Source: an uncultured Pelagibacteraceae bacterium (lineage in GTDB: Bacteria; Pseudomonadota; Alphaproteobacteria; Pelagibacterales; AG-422-B15). Taken from it: a stretch of DNA of 64,000 nt. The notes below the pieces were generated by a model, which saw only the letters and a list, made by a program, of their open reading frames with translations, had not been told where the DNA came from and did no database searches. The stretch spans positions 72,275-136,274 of the forward strand of contig CACDOH010000002.1 of the NCBI GenBank assembly GCA_902554325.1, read 5' to 3'. The translations under genes were made by a program, and so were the position numbers. Below are positions 55,442 through 64,000 of this stretch, piece after piece; position 1 is the stretch's first letter, and the number at the start of each line of letters is the position of its first letter.

Positions 55442-56468
55442 TTTTATCAAAGTAGCTTTATTGATCGTTTCTCTATTATATTCTCTGCCAACCTACTCTA
55501 ACGAAGTGATTAATAGTTCAGCGCATCATCTTTCAGATGGTACATACGCAAATACTAGTGGAGTAGCATATGAGAGTAGCTTTAATAAATTATTAAAATG
55601 GAGTTGGGAGAGAAGAAGTAAAAATTTAGAAACTTTTGAATTTGAAGTTGAAGTGCCTAATTACAAAGAAATTTATGAAAATGAGAATATTGTTACAACC
55701 TGGATTGGGCATGAAACTTTTTTGTATCAAAATAAAGATATAAATATTCTTACTGATCCACATTTTACACAGAGAGCATCCCCATTAAATTTTGCAGGAC
55801 CCAAGAGATATATGGCGCCTGGAATGAAGATTGATGATTTACCTAATATTGACGTAGTTACTATCTCGCACAGTCATTACGACCATCTTGATTACATGAG
55901 TGTAAAATTATTAGCCGAAAAATTTGATAACATACTTTTCCTTGTTCCTCTGGGTCTAAAAAAATGGTTTGAGAGCAAAGATATTTATAATGTTAGGGAG
56001 CTTGATTGGTGGGACTCTCTAATAATTCAAGAAACACTTATTACCTTCGCTCCAGTGCAACATTGGTCTGCTCGTGGTTTATTTGATCGAAATGAAACTT
56101 TATGGGGCGCATGGCATTTTAAAAACAAGTTTCACAGCTTTATACACTTAGGAGATACTGGATACACAGATGATTTTAAGGCAATCAAAGAAAAATTGGG
56201 CCCAGTTGATCTAGCGGCAATCCCCATTGGAGCCTATGAACCAAGGTGGATCATGGAATTCTCTCATATAAACCCTGAGGAAGCTGTAATGACATTTCTT
56301 GACTTGGAAGCAAGTAAAGCTATCGGCATGGCATGGGGAACTTTTATCTTAACTGATGAGCCGGTTACGGAACCTCCTCGCCAGTTACTAAAAGAACTAA
56401 AAAAATACAATATACCAAATGAAGATTTTTTTACTTTAAAGCACGGCGAAAGTTATTTGATTGATTGA
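55431..56468 (+). CDS. secreted MBL-fold metallo-hydrolase (NAPE-PLD-like)
   Basis: Signal peptide; TWIGHETFLY; HSHYDHLD metal motif; GDTGY. Confidence 0.75.
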   Translation: MINNFIKVALLIVSLLYSLPTYSNEVINSSAHHLSDGTYANTSGVAYESSFNKLLKWSWERRSKNLETFEFEVEVPNYKEIYENENIVTTWIGHETFLYQNKDINILTDPHFTQRASPLNFAGPKRYMAPGMKIDDLPNIDVVTISHSHYDHLDYMSVKLLAEKFDNILFLVPLGLKKWFESKDIYNVRELDWWDSLIIQETLITFAPVQHWSARGLFDRNETLWGAWHFKNKFHSFIHLGDTGYTDDFKAIKEKLGPVDLAAIPIGAYEPRWIMEFSHINPEEAVMTFLDLEASKAIGMAWGTFILTDEPVTEPPRQLLKELKKYNIPNEDFFTLKHGESYLID

Positions 56469-57343
56469 AGCTTAACTTTTGAAAGAAGAAATAGTGCAAT
56501 AAATGAGATATAGGCGCCTAATATAAAGGAGCTCATGCCAATTTCGAACCACTCAGGTAAAATAACTTGATCAAATCCAGTTTCTAAAAATTTATTTAAA
56601 ATTAGAAAGACAATTAATGCCAATGAACACGAAAAATAGTGCATAAAGGTATTTGATACCCGTTCGTAACCAAAATATTTTTTATCTAAATCTGATCCTA
56701 TCATGAAGCCCAATATAAGTCCTCCCAAACCTGTAACTAATTCATGACCATGATCCATTGGCCACGAGAAATAAAACACGATCAGTAGAATAATCGTTAA
56801 TACATATTTAAATAGTTTGTTTAAATTATATTTTCCCAAGTCAATATTTTGATAAAATAGATGAGCGGCATATAGAGTGAATAACCCCACTATCATTCCA
56901 CCAAGAATATCTCCGATATCATGTACGCCAAGGTAGATACGACTAAAAGGCACACCTAATAAAAAAATAATTGATACAATTTTCGCAAAGAGATTCTTTA
57001 CATTGAGTGCAATATAAAGCCATATAACAACTGCTATTTGAGCATGACCACTTGGAAACCCAAAAGAGGTTTCTGCTTGAAGCCACGGATCTATATTGAG
57101 ATAGAGATCTGGCCTTGGGTCTTGAAAAAAATCTTTTAACCAAGAATTAATTATCGCACTAAAAAATACAATTAGAGCTAGTCTACCAAATATTTTCCTA
57201 TCAAAGCACCAATAAGTAAATGGAATGAACATAAAAAGAAAATCTCTGTACCCAAGCCATGTTAAAAACTCAAATATTGGAGTTAAAAATGGAGATCTTA
57301 AGTTAACAACCCAGGAAATATCTGTTAGCATTTGATAAAACAT
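56453..57343 (-). CDS. PAP2 family phosphatase (membrane)
   Basis: KDFFQDPRP, PSGH and SRIYLGVHDIGD are the three PAP2 motifs. Confidence 0.8.
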   Translation of the reverse strand: MFYQMLTDISWVVNLRSPFLTPIFEFLTWLGYRDFLFMFIPFTYWCFDRKIFGRLALIVFFSAIINSWLKDFFQDPRPDLYLNIDPWLQAETSFGFPSGHAQIAVVIWLYIALNVKNLFAKIVSIIFLLGVPFSRIYLGVHDIGDILGGMIVGLFTLYAAHLFYQNIDLGKYNLNKLFKYVLTIILLIVFYFSWPMDHGHELVTGLGGLILGFMIGSDLDKKYFGYERVSNTFMHYFSCSLALIVFLILNKFLETGFDQVILPEWFEIGMSSFILGAYISFIALFLLSKVKLQSIK

Positions 57344-57400
57344 TTACTCGCCTTATTTATTACATTATATAATCAATTTTTAATTTTAAAATTAATTATT

Positions 57401-58351
57401 ATGAAAGCAATTGGATATAATTCATATGGAGGCATTGACAAACTCCAAATATTAGAAGTTGAGAGTCCAAAACCAAAGCGTCATGAGGTTGCCGTTAAAG
57501 TCTCAGCAATTTCAGTTAATCCTGTTGACTTAAAAAAAATGAGAGGTGGGTTTAAGCCCATTACTAGCATAAAAAAATTTCCAATAATAACTGCATGTGA
57601 TTTTAGCGGTGAAATAGTTGAAATTGGCAATGACGTTGGTGCGTTTAAGGTCGGCGACAAGGTATTTGGCATGCAGGATATATTATTTAACGGAAGTGCA
57701 GCTGAAAAAATTACTATATCTCAAAAATATATATCTTTAGCTCCTAATAATTTTGAACTATCTGATTCAGCGGCAATTCCTCAAGTGGGCAATACATCTT
57801 TATTAGCGCTAAGAAATATAGCGTCTTTAAGAAAAGGACATAAATTGTTAATCAATGGTGCCTCGGGAGGAGTTGGTACATTTGCACTTCAAATGGCAAA
57901 AATATATGAGGCCGATATTACCGCTGTAACAAGCGATAGAAATATTGAATGGATAAAAAATGAATTTGATATCGAAAATATTATTGATTATACAAAAACT
58001 GACATCACTGATACATCCGATAAATACGATATTATTTTTGATGCTAACGGAAATCTTTCCTTTCCAAAAATTTCTAATTCTTTGTCGACAAATGGTATTT
58101 ATGTTACAACAAAATTTAATATCTATAATAACATTGATACTGCAAAACAGTTTTTTAAACGAAAAAAATCTCGTACAGTACTTTCTGGTAGAACATCTAC
58201 ATCAAACCTTGATATGTTCAGGATGTGGATGGAAGACGGTAAATTGAAACCTGTAATTGAAAAAACTTATTCATTTGACCAGTACCATGAGGCTTATGAG
58301 CATTTATCAAGTGGTAGGGCAAAAGGAAAATTGTTAATAAAAATTAATTAA
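57401..58351 (+). CDS. NADPH:quinone oxidoreductase / zinc-type alcohol dehydrogenase-like (MDR family)
   Basis: MKAIGYNSYGG..., GDKVFG, INGASGGVGTFALQMAK, KGKLLI. ATG 57401 preferred over the upstream ORF-track start 57332. Confidence 0.8.
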   Translation: MKAIGYNSYGGIDKLQILEVESPKPKRHEVAVKVSAISVNPVDLKKMRGGFKPITSIKKFPIITACDFSGEIVEIGNDVGAFKVGDKVFGMQDILFNGSAAEKITISQKYISLAPNNFELSDSAAIPQVGNTSLLALRNIASLRKGHKLLINGASGGVGTFALQMAKIYEADITAVTSDRNIEWIKNEFDIENIIDYTKTDITDTSDKYDIIFDANGNLSFPKISNSLSTNGIYVTTKFNIYNNIDTAKQFFKRKKSRTVLSGRTSTSNLDMFRMWMEDGKLKPVIEKTYSFDQYHEAYEHLSSGRAKGKLLIKIN

Positions 58352-58353
58352 TT

Positions 58354-59199
58354 ATGCGCAGTACTATTAACCAGATTATATCGCCAATAAACACATCAGA
58401 TGGCGCAGGTGTTAAATTAAAGAGATCAATTGGCACTCAGCTTATTGATTATTTTGACCCATTCTTAATGCTGGATGAATTTGGCTCTGATAAAAGTGAT
58501 GATTATCTTGGCGGGTTTCCAGCACACCCACATAGAGGCATAGAAACAGTTACATATATGCTAAATGGTGAATTTGAACATAAGGATAGTACCGGGGCAG
58601 TAGGGATCATGAAGTCAGGTGATGTTCAGTGGATGAAGACAGGAAGTGGGATTATTCACTCAGAAATGCCAGCAATGTCTGAAGGAAAGCTTCATGGCTT
58701 CCAGCTTTGGATCAATATGCCTGCAGAAAAAAAAATGGACGACCCAGAATATATTTACTTAGATTCAAATCAAATCAAAACATATGAAGATAGTGATGTT
58801 AAAGTGAAGGTTATTGCTGGTTCCTTTAAAGAAATAGAAGGGTCTATAAAAAAACATAACGTTAATCCAACATATCTTGATATTCAAATAACGAGCAACC
58901 AGCCATTTACATACAATCTAGATAAAGAATACAATTCATTTATTTACGTATACTCTGGCAGTATTCATTTGGATGGTGAAAATAGTGAAATTAAGAGTTC
59001 GCATTTAATTACTTTTAATCAAGGTGGAAGTTTAGTGGTTACAAGTGAAAATAAAGCAAAGTTTCTATTAGTGTCTGGCAAGCCAATTGGTGAACCGATT
59101 GCCAGAGGCGGTCCTTTTGTAATGAATACAAGAGAAGAAATTATTTCTGCTATCAGTGATTATAACAATGGCACATTTGTTAAAGCAGGTGTGAAGTAA
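58354..59199 (+). CDS. pirin family protein
   Basis: GFPAHPHRGIETVTYMLNGEFEHKDS and QLWINMP. Confidence 0.9.
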   Translation: MRSTINQIISPINTSDGAGVKLKRSIGTQLIDYFDPFLMLDEFGSDKSDDYLGGFPAHPHRGIETVTYMLNGEFEHKDSTGAVGIMKSGDVQWMKTGSGIIHSEMPAMSEGKLHGFQLWINMPAEKKMDDPEYIYLDSNQIKTYEDSDVKVKVIAGSFKEIEGSIKKHNVNPTYLDIQITSNQPFTYNLDKEYNSFIYVYSGSIHLDGENSEIKSSHLITFNQGGSLVVTSENKAKFLLVSGKPIGEPIARGGPFVMNTREEIISAISDYNNGTFVKAGVK

Positions 59200-59664
59200 A
59201 TGAAAAGTATTTACGATTTTTCCGTAAAAGACATTGATCACGAAGAAATCAGTCTTGAAAAATTCAAGGGTAAAACTTTGCTTATTGTTAATGTTGCTAG
59301 TAGATGTGGTTTTACATCACAATACACTGGACTTCAGAGTTTATATGAAAAATATAAAGATAAAGGTTTTGAAATCCTAGCTTTTCCTTGTAACCAGTTT
59401 GGGTCACAGGAAAAAGGAACTAATGATGAGATCAAGGAATTTTGTAGCACTGAGTATAATGTGTCCTTTAAGCTATTTGATAAAATTGAAGTAATTGGCG
59501 ACAATGCTTCACCTTTATTTAGAAAACTTACTCAAGATGCAGGTAGAGAAATACAATGGAATTTTACCAAATATCTAATAAATAAAGACGGTGATTTTGT
59601 ACGTGGATTTGGAACTCAAAAAAAACCAGAAGAAATAGAAGAGCATATCGTTAAAATCTTATAA
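59200..59664 (+). CDS. glutathione peroxidase (Cys type)
   Basis: NVASRCGFT, FPCNQFGSQE, WNFTKYLI. Confidence 0.9.
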   Translation: MKSIYDFSVKDIDHEEISLEKFKGKTLLIVNVASRCGFTSQYTGLQSLYEKYKDKGFEILAFPCNQFGSQEKGTNDEIKEFCSTEYNVSFKLFDKIEVIGDNASPLFRKLTQDAGREIQWNFTKYLINKDGDFVRGFGTQKKPEEIEEHIVKIL

Positions 59665-59666
59665 TT

Positions 59667-60242
59667 ATGGCAGATCAAATACATCAAATATTTACCGAAC
59701 CGCAGACTTGCTATAAGTTTTTAGATAAAGAAGTCTCTAATCAATCTCTTGATGATTTGTATAGTTTACTAAAGTGGGGTCCTACATCTTTTAACTGCAG
59801 TCCTATCAGGTTAAAATTTCTTAAAAGCAAGCAAGCAAAAGAAAATTTATCACGATTTGTGAGTGAGGATAATGTAAGTAAAGTTCTGAACGCACCTGTT
59901 TGCACCATTATCGGTATGGATATCGAATTTTGGAGAGACTTACCAAAGAATTATCTTCGGGAGGATGCAAAACAATATTTTGAAAATGACTTAGAAAAAT
60001 CTGAAATTACTGCATTTAGAAATTCATCAATACAGGGAGGCTATTTTTTAAAAGCAGCCAATGCGCTTGGTCTGGCTGTGGGTCCAATGTCTGGATTTTC
60101 TAACGAATTAGTTGATAAAGAATTTTTTAATGACACATCAATTAAAAGTAATTTTTTATGTAACCTAGGTTACCCCGATAAAGATGGATATTATGAAAGA
60201 GCACCACGGTATAGCTTTAGTGATATTGCAGAAATTCTTTAA
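59667..60242 (+). CDS. nitroreductase-family NADPH-dependent oxidoreductase (RutE/malonic semialdehyde reductase-like)
   Basis: KWGPTSFNCSPIRLKFL and AANALGLAVGPMSGF resemble the RutE/YdjA-type nitroreductase fold. Confidence 0.65.
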   Translation: MADQIHQIFTEPQTCYKFLDKEVSNQSLDDLYSLLKWGPTSFNCSPIRLKFLKSKQAKENLSRFVSEDNVSKVLNAPVCTIIGMDIEFWRDLPKNYLREDAKQYFENDLEKSEITAFRNSSIQGGYFLKAANALGLAVGPMSGFSNELVDKEFFNDTSIKSNFLCNLGYPDKDGYYERAPRYSFSDIAEIL

Positions 60243-61210
60243 GCCGCAATTAGATTTAAATAGGCATACTCAAGTTTTTGAATATCTCTTGATCTGATCA
60301 AATCATTGACTTCTTGCTTAAATTTTTTTGATCCAGGAACCCCAAAGCAAAGCGCTAAAAGGGGACTTAATAGTTCATAGGTTGAAATCAAATCAACATT
60401 CTCTTTTACATAATCAAAATATTTCTTTACTACGAAACTCCTATCTATCTCTATCTTTTCTAAGTTGTAAAATTTGGAGTCAACATCTTCTAAAAAAAAT
60501 GGATTGGCTTGAATTGATCTTCCTACCATCACTCCATCTAAATAATTCAGCTGATCTAGACAATCATCAATATTGTCCAAACCACCATTGATTATAAATT
60601 TAATACGTGGAAATTCTTTTTTAATTTTATAAACAAAGTCATATTTAAGAGGTGGTAACGTACGGTTTCTTTTAGGGTCAAGACCTTTGAGGTACGCTTT
60701 ACGCGCATGAATAAAGATAATTTTGATACCACTTTCAATTACTGTCGAAATAAAACTTTTGAAAAATTCATATGTGTCAAATTCATCTACTCCAATTCGA
60801 CATTTCAACGAGACGTCAATTACAGTTTCAGCCTTCATTCCTTCTAAGCATTGTTTGACCAGATTTGCTTCCTTCATCAGACATGCGCCCATTTTACCTT
60901 GTGATACTTTTTTTGAAGGGCAGCCGACATTTAGATTTATTCCTTGATAGTTATGTTTGTTTGCTAGTTCTGTTGAATATTTCAATAGGTTGATATCAGA
61001 ACCTCCTACTTGAAGAACCACAGGTGACTCTATAGTTTCCTTTCTGAGCATTTTCTTAAAGTCACCTCGATGCAACGCTTGGCTGGCTATCATTTCTGTA
61101 AATAAAATTGCTTCCTTAGAAATCAATCTATACATATAGCGTGCGCTTGATGTGGTTACACCCATCATTGGTGCGACAGAAAACTTATAATCTAAATTTA
61201 ATTCATTCAT
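60239..61210 (-). CDS. dusA: tRNA-dihydrouridine synthase A
   Basis: FSVAPMMGVTTSSARYMYRLISK..LFTEMI, INLNVGCPS, IHARKA. Confidence 0.85.
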   Translation of the reverse strand: MNELNLDYKFSVAPMMGVTTSSARYMYRLISKEAILFTEMIASQALHRGDFKKMLRKETIESPVVLQVGGSDINLLKYSTELANKHNYQGINLNVGCPSKKVSQGKMGACLMKEANLVKQCLEGMKAETVIDVSLKCRIGVDEFDTYEFFKSFISTVIESGIKIIFIHARKAYLKGLDPKRNRTLPPLKYDFVYKIKKEFPRIKFIINGGLDNIDDCLDQLNYLDGVMVGRSIQANPFFLEDVDSKFYNLEKIEIDRSFVVKKYFDYVKENVDLISTYELLSPLLALCFGVPGSKKFKQEVNDLIRSRDIQKLEYAYLNLIAA

Positions 61211-62067
61211 ATTTTTTGTTTAATCGTAATTAAAACCCCACTACTAACAATGCAAAGAATACCAAAACACACAATTATATTTGGTATATCTTTAAAAAAT
61301 AAAACGCTTATTAACATATTACTTATGATTTCAAAATAGTGAAATGGCGCTAAAATACTAGCTTCAGCATTCTGATAAGCTTTAATAAATATAAAATGTA
61401 CCAAAATCACAACTAATCCAATTGAGCCCATCAATAAATATTGGTCAATTGATGGAGAGCTTTGCCAAAAAAATGGAAGACAAACTGTCATTATTGCTGC
61501 ACCGGGTATAGCGGTATAGCACAAGCTTACCCAAGGATCAGAACTAAAATTAACCCGCCTCGTGTAGACTAAGTACATGGCATAACAAAATCCAGACAAT
61601 AGAGCCAAAAGCGAATAGAAATTAAACTCCTCAAATCCAGGTTGTATTACTAGCAATGTTCCAAAAAAACCAAAGAAGGTGCAAAATATTTTAAAAGAAT
61701 TTAATTGTTCTTTCAGAATATAAGAAGACATGAATACTACGATGATTGGAGCTACGAGCATTATGCTTAAGGCATTAGCAAGAGGAATTTCTGATATAGC
61801 GCCATAGAAAAAAGCAGTAGCTAAAAAAATAAAAATTCCTCTAACAATTTGATGTTTAGATGAAGAATTAAAAAATAGTTTTTTTCCTTTTATGAAATAA
61901 ACAAGAGGCACCAGAAAAATAAAATGACTAAAAAACCTAGCCCAGATGATTTCTAAAATGTGAATGTCTTCACTTAAGTATTTAGCCAGGGCGTCATAAA
62001 GAGGCGCAATTAGTAATCCTAAGCATAATAACGATATGCCTAAGATAACATTCTGCTTTGGAAGCAT
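61207..62067 (-). CDS. DMT (EamA-like) superfamily transporter
   Basis: 10 TM helices with a two-repeat organisation; 4-nt overlap with dusA. Confidence 0.75.
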   Translation of the reverse strand: MLPKQNVILGISLLCLGLLIAPLYDALAKYLSEDIHILEIIWARFFSHFIFLVPLVYFIKGKKLFFNSSSKHQIVRGIFIFLATAFFYGAISEIPLANALSIMLVAPIIVVFMSSYILKEQLNSFKIFCTFFGFFGTLLVIQPGFEEFNFYSLLALLSGFCYAMYLVYTRRVNFSSDPWVSLCYTAIPGAAIMTVCLPFFWQSSPSIDQYLLMGSIGLVVILVHFIFIKAYQNAEASILAPFHYFEIISNMLISVLFFKDIPNIIVCFGILCIVSSGVLITIKQKI

Positions 62068-62070
62068 TAA

Positions 62071-63249
62071 TTATTTATTAAGCTCGCGCATGGCCTGATC
62101 AATACCTTCAATAGTTAAAGGAAACATTCTATCCGAAAAAATTTGCTTTATTATTGAAGCAGATGATATGCGGTCCCAATACCTCTCTGGTATTGGATTT
62201 AACCATATTGCGTTTTCATAGATATTCAGAAGCCTGGTTAGCCACGTTTCGCCAGACTCTTCATTCCAAAATTCAACACTTCCACCAGGATATGTAATTT
62301 CATATGGACTCATTTCGGCATCACCAACAAATATAACTTTATAGTCTGAAGGATATTTATGAAGAAGATCCCAGGTCTTTATGTTCTCATTGTACCTTCT
62401 TTTATTGTCTTTCCATACAGCGTCATAGAGACAGTTATGATAATAAAAATACTCCATGTGCTTAAATTCTGTTCTTGCTGCAGAAAAGAGCTCTTCACAT
62501 ATTTTCACATGAGCATCCATCGACCCACCCACATCGAAAAATAAAAGTACTTTTATTTTATTCCTACGTTCGGGCATCATCTTTACGTCAATGTAACCTT
62601 TATGTGCAGTAGATTTGATTGTATTATCTAAATCTAGTTCTGTTTCAACTCCTTCACGAGCAAATTTTCTTAGTCTTCGAAGCGCAACTTTAATATTACG
62701 TGTTCCCAACTCAACATCACCATCGAGGTTACTAAATTCTCTTTTGTCCCAAACTTTTACAGCTTTTTTATTTCGACTTTCTTTTTGACCAATCCGAATG
62801 CCTTCAGGATTATATCCATATGCGCCGAAAGGAGATGTTCCTCCTGTACCAATCCACTTACTACCGCCTTGGTGACGTTTTTTTTGTTCTTCTAAACGTT
62901 GTTTTAATGTTTCCATCAGCTTGTCCCAACCGCCTAAGGACTCAACCATTTTTTTCTCCTCGTCAGTAAGGTATTTTTGCCCCATGAGCTTCAACCACTC
63001 TTCTGGTATTTCTTTTTCTGTTTCCCCTTCAGAATTTTCAAGTCCTTTAAAAGAATGTCCAAAGACTCTGTCAAATTTGTCTAGATATCTCTCGTCTTTA
63101 ACTAGTGCTGATCGACTTAAGTAATAAAAATCATTTACATTAAAAGAGTCTACAACCCTTTTATTCATGGCTTCCATGAGCATTAAATATTCTTTTAAGG
63201 ATACAGGTAAACTTGCTTGCTTAAGGTCAAAGAAGAAATTAATGAACAT
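62071..63249 (-). CDS. VWA domain-containing CoxE-like protein
   Basis: N-terminal FFFDLKQASLPVSLKEYLMLMEAM; C-terminal VWA with the MIDAS-like LLFFDVGGSM. Confidence 0.75.
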   Translation of the reverse strand: MFINFFFDLKQASLPVSLKEYLMLMEAMNKRVVDSFNVNDFYYLSRSALVKDERYLDKFDRVFGHSFKGLENSEGETEKEIPEEWLKLMGQKYLTDEEKKMVESLGGWDKLMETLKQRLEEQKKRHQGGSKWIGTGGTSPFGAYGYNPEGIRIGQKESRNKKAVKVWDKREFSNLDGDVELGTRNIKVALRRLRKFAREGVETELDLDNTIKSTAHKGYIDVKMMPERRNKIKVLLFFDVGGSMDAHVKICEELFSAARTEFKHMEYFYYHNCLYDAVWKDNKRRYNENIKTWDLLHKYPSDYKVIFVGDAEMSPYEITYPGGSVEFWNEESGETWLTRLLNIYENAIWLNPIPERYWDRISSASIIKQIFSDRMFPLTIEGIDQAMRELNK

Positions 63250-63277
63250 GTTAATTTATCTTAATGAAAAATCAGTT

Positions 63278-64000
63278 CTACTCAAGATTCTCATTTTCTC
63301 TTCGAGAGATAAAGGCTAATCGCTCGAATAAATGTACATCTTGCTCATTTTTTAGAAGGGCTCCATGAAGAGGTGGAATTAGTTTTTTAGGATCTTTTTC
63401 CCTCAATATTTTTGCATCTACGTCATCGGTCATCAACAATTTAAGCCAATCAATAAGTTCTGATGTTGACGGCTTTTTTTTGATACCTGGGACTTCTCTA
63501 ATATCATAAAAAATCTTAAATGCTTCTTGTATAAGGTCTTTTTTAATTTCTGGATAATGCACATTAACAATCTCTTCCATAGTATCTGGATCAGGAAACT
63601 TAATATAATGAAAAAAACATCTCCTTAAAAAGGCATCAGGTAGTTCTTTTTCGTTATTTGAAGTAATGATTACAATAGGTCTATTTTCTGCCTTTATGGT
63701 TTCTCCTGTCTCATAAACAAAAAATTCCATTTTATCAAGTTCGAGAAGAAGATCGTTTGGAAATTCAATATCTGCTTTATCAATCTCATCAATTAAAAGT
63801 ACAGGTCTTTTATTGCTTTCAAAAGCATTCCACAATTTACCCTTACTTATATAATTTTTAATATCTTTTACTTTTTCATCTCCAAGCTGAGAGTCTCTTA
63901 ACCTAGTAACAGCATCATACTCATACAGCCCCTGTTGAGCTTTGGTCGTTGACTTAATATGCCATGTAATAATATCAGCCCCTAATGATTGAGCAACCTC
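63278..64000 (-). CDS. MoxR/CoxD-like AAA+ ATPase (partial, continues past the window end)
   Basis: Hand translation shows the frame stays open to 64000 (...ADIITWHIKSTTKAQQGLYEYDAVTRLRDSQ...). Walker B VLLIDEIDKA; sensor region TSNNEKELPDAFLRRC. Confidence 0.75.
   Translation of the reverse strand, partial: EVAQSLGADIITWHIKSTTKAQQGLYEYDAVTRLRDSQLGDEKVKDIKNYISKGKLWNAFESNKRPVLLIDEIDKADIEFPNDLLLELDKMEFFVYETGETIKAENRPIVIITSNNEKELPDAFLRRCFFHYIKFPDPDTMEEIVNVHYPEIKKDLIQEAFKIFYDIREVPGIKKKPSTSELIDWLKLLMTDDVDAKILREKDPKKLIPPLHGALLKNEQDVHLFERLAFISRRENENLE

Overview
Visibly AT-rich, extremely gene-dense chromosomal segment. Most intergenic gaps are under 60 bp, and many genes have 1-, 4- or 8-nt start/stop overlaps. 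Gene content and composition look like a streamlined marine alphaproteobacterium of the SAR11/Pelagibacterales type; this is an inference, not a search result. About 70 protein-coding genes can be supported. I saw no rRNA, tRNA, CRISPR array, transposase, integrase, phage or recognisable defence genes. All product calls were made by eye from remembered family motifs in the supplied translations, so they are family-level only.

The dominant theme is uptake and tetrahydrofolate (THF)-linked oxidative demethylation of methylated osmolytes:
- A ProV / fused ProW-ProW / ProX betaine-type ABC transporter (34778-39154).
- A homocysteine S-methyltransferase (BHMT/MmuM-like, 40138-41061).
- A DmdA-like GcvT-fold protein (41170-42306).
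- Dimethylglycine dehydrogenase (45237-47672).
- Heterotetrameric sarcosine oxidase soxBDAG (49983-55085).
- A second C1 module: fhs plus an acyl-CoA ligase, divergent from an MTHFR-like gene plus a 447-aa GcvT-fold gene (20761-26342).

Most interesting non-standard content:
1. A five-gene copper-handling module (SCO1, Cys-rich lipoprotein, PCuAC, DUF2182 with a Met-rich insert, DUF1326 with a Cys cluster). It is translationally coupled into the methylamine-oxidation gene array (42306-45233).
2. A GC-rich double hairpin plus U-tract with no upstream same-strand gene, directly in front of a ferredoxin gene (15413-15480).
3. An unlisted 42-codon, 40% Lys/Arg ORF wedged between two genes (9064-9192).
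4. Tandem paralogous 2-TM miniproteins behind a 22-bp perfect palindrome (1802-2342).
5. A proV-led six-gene hydrolase/amidase/alcohol dehydrogenase operon (29594-35821).
6. An FNR / methyltransferase / O-methyltransferase / Baeyer-Villiger monooxygenase (BVMO) operon of unknown product (17022-20764).
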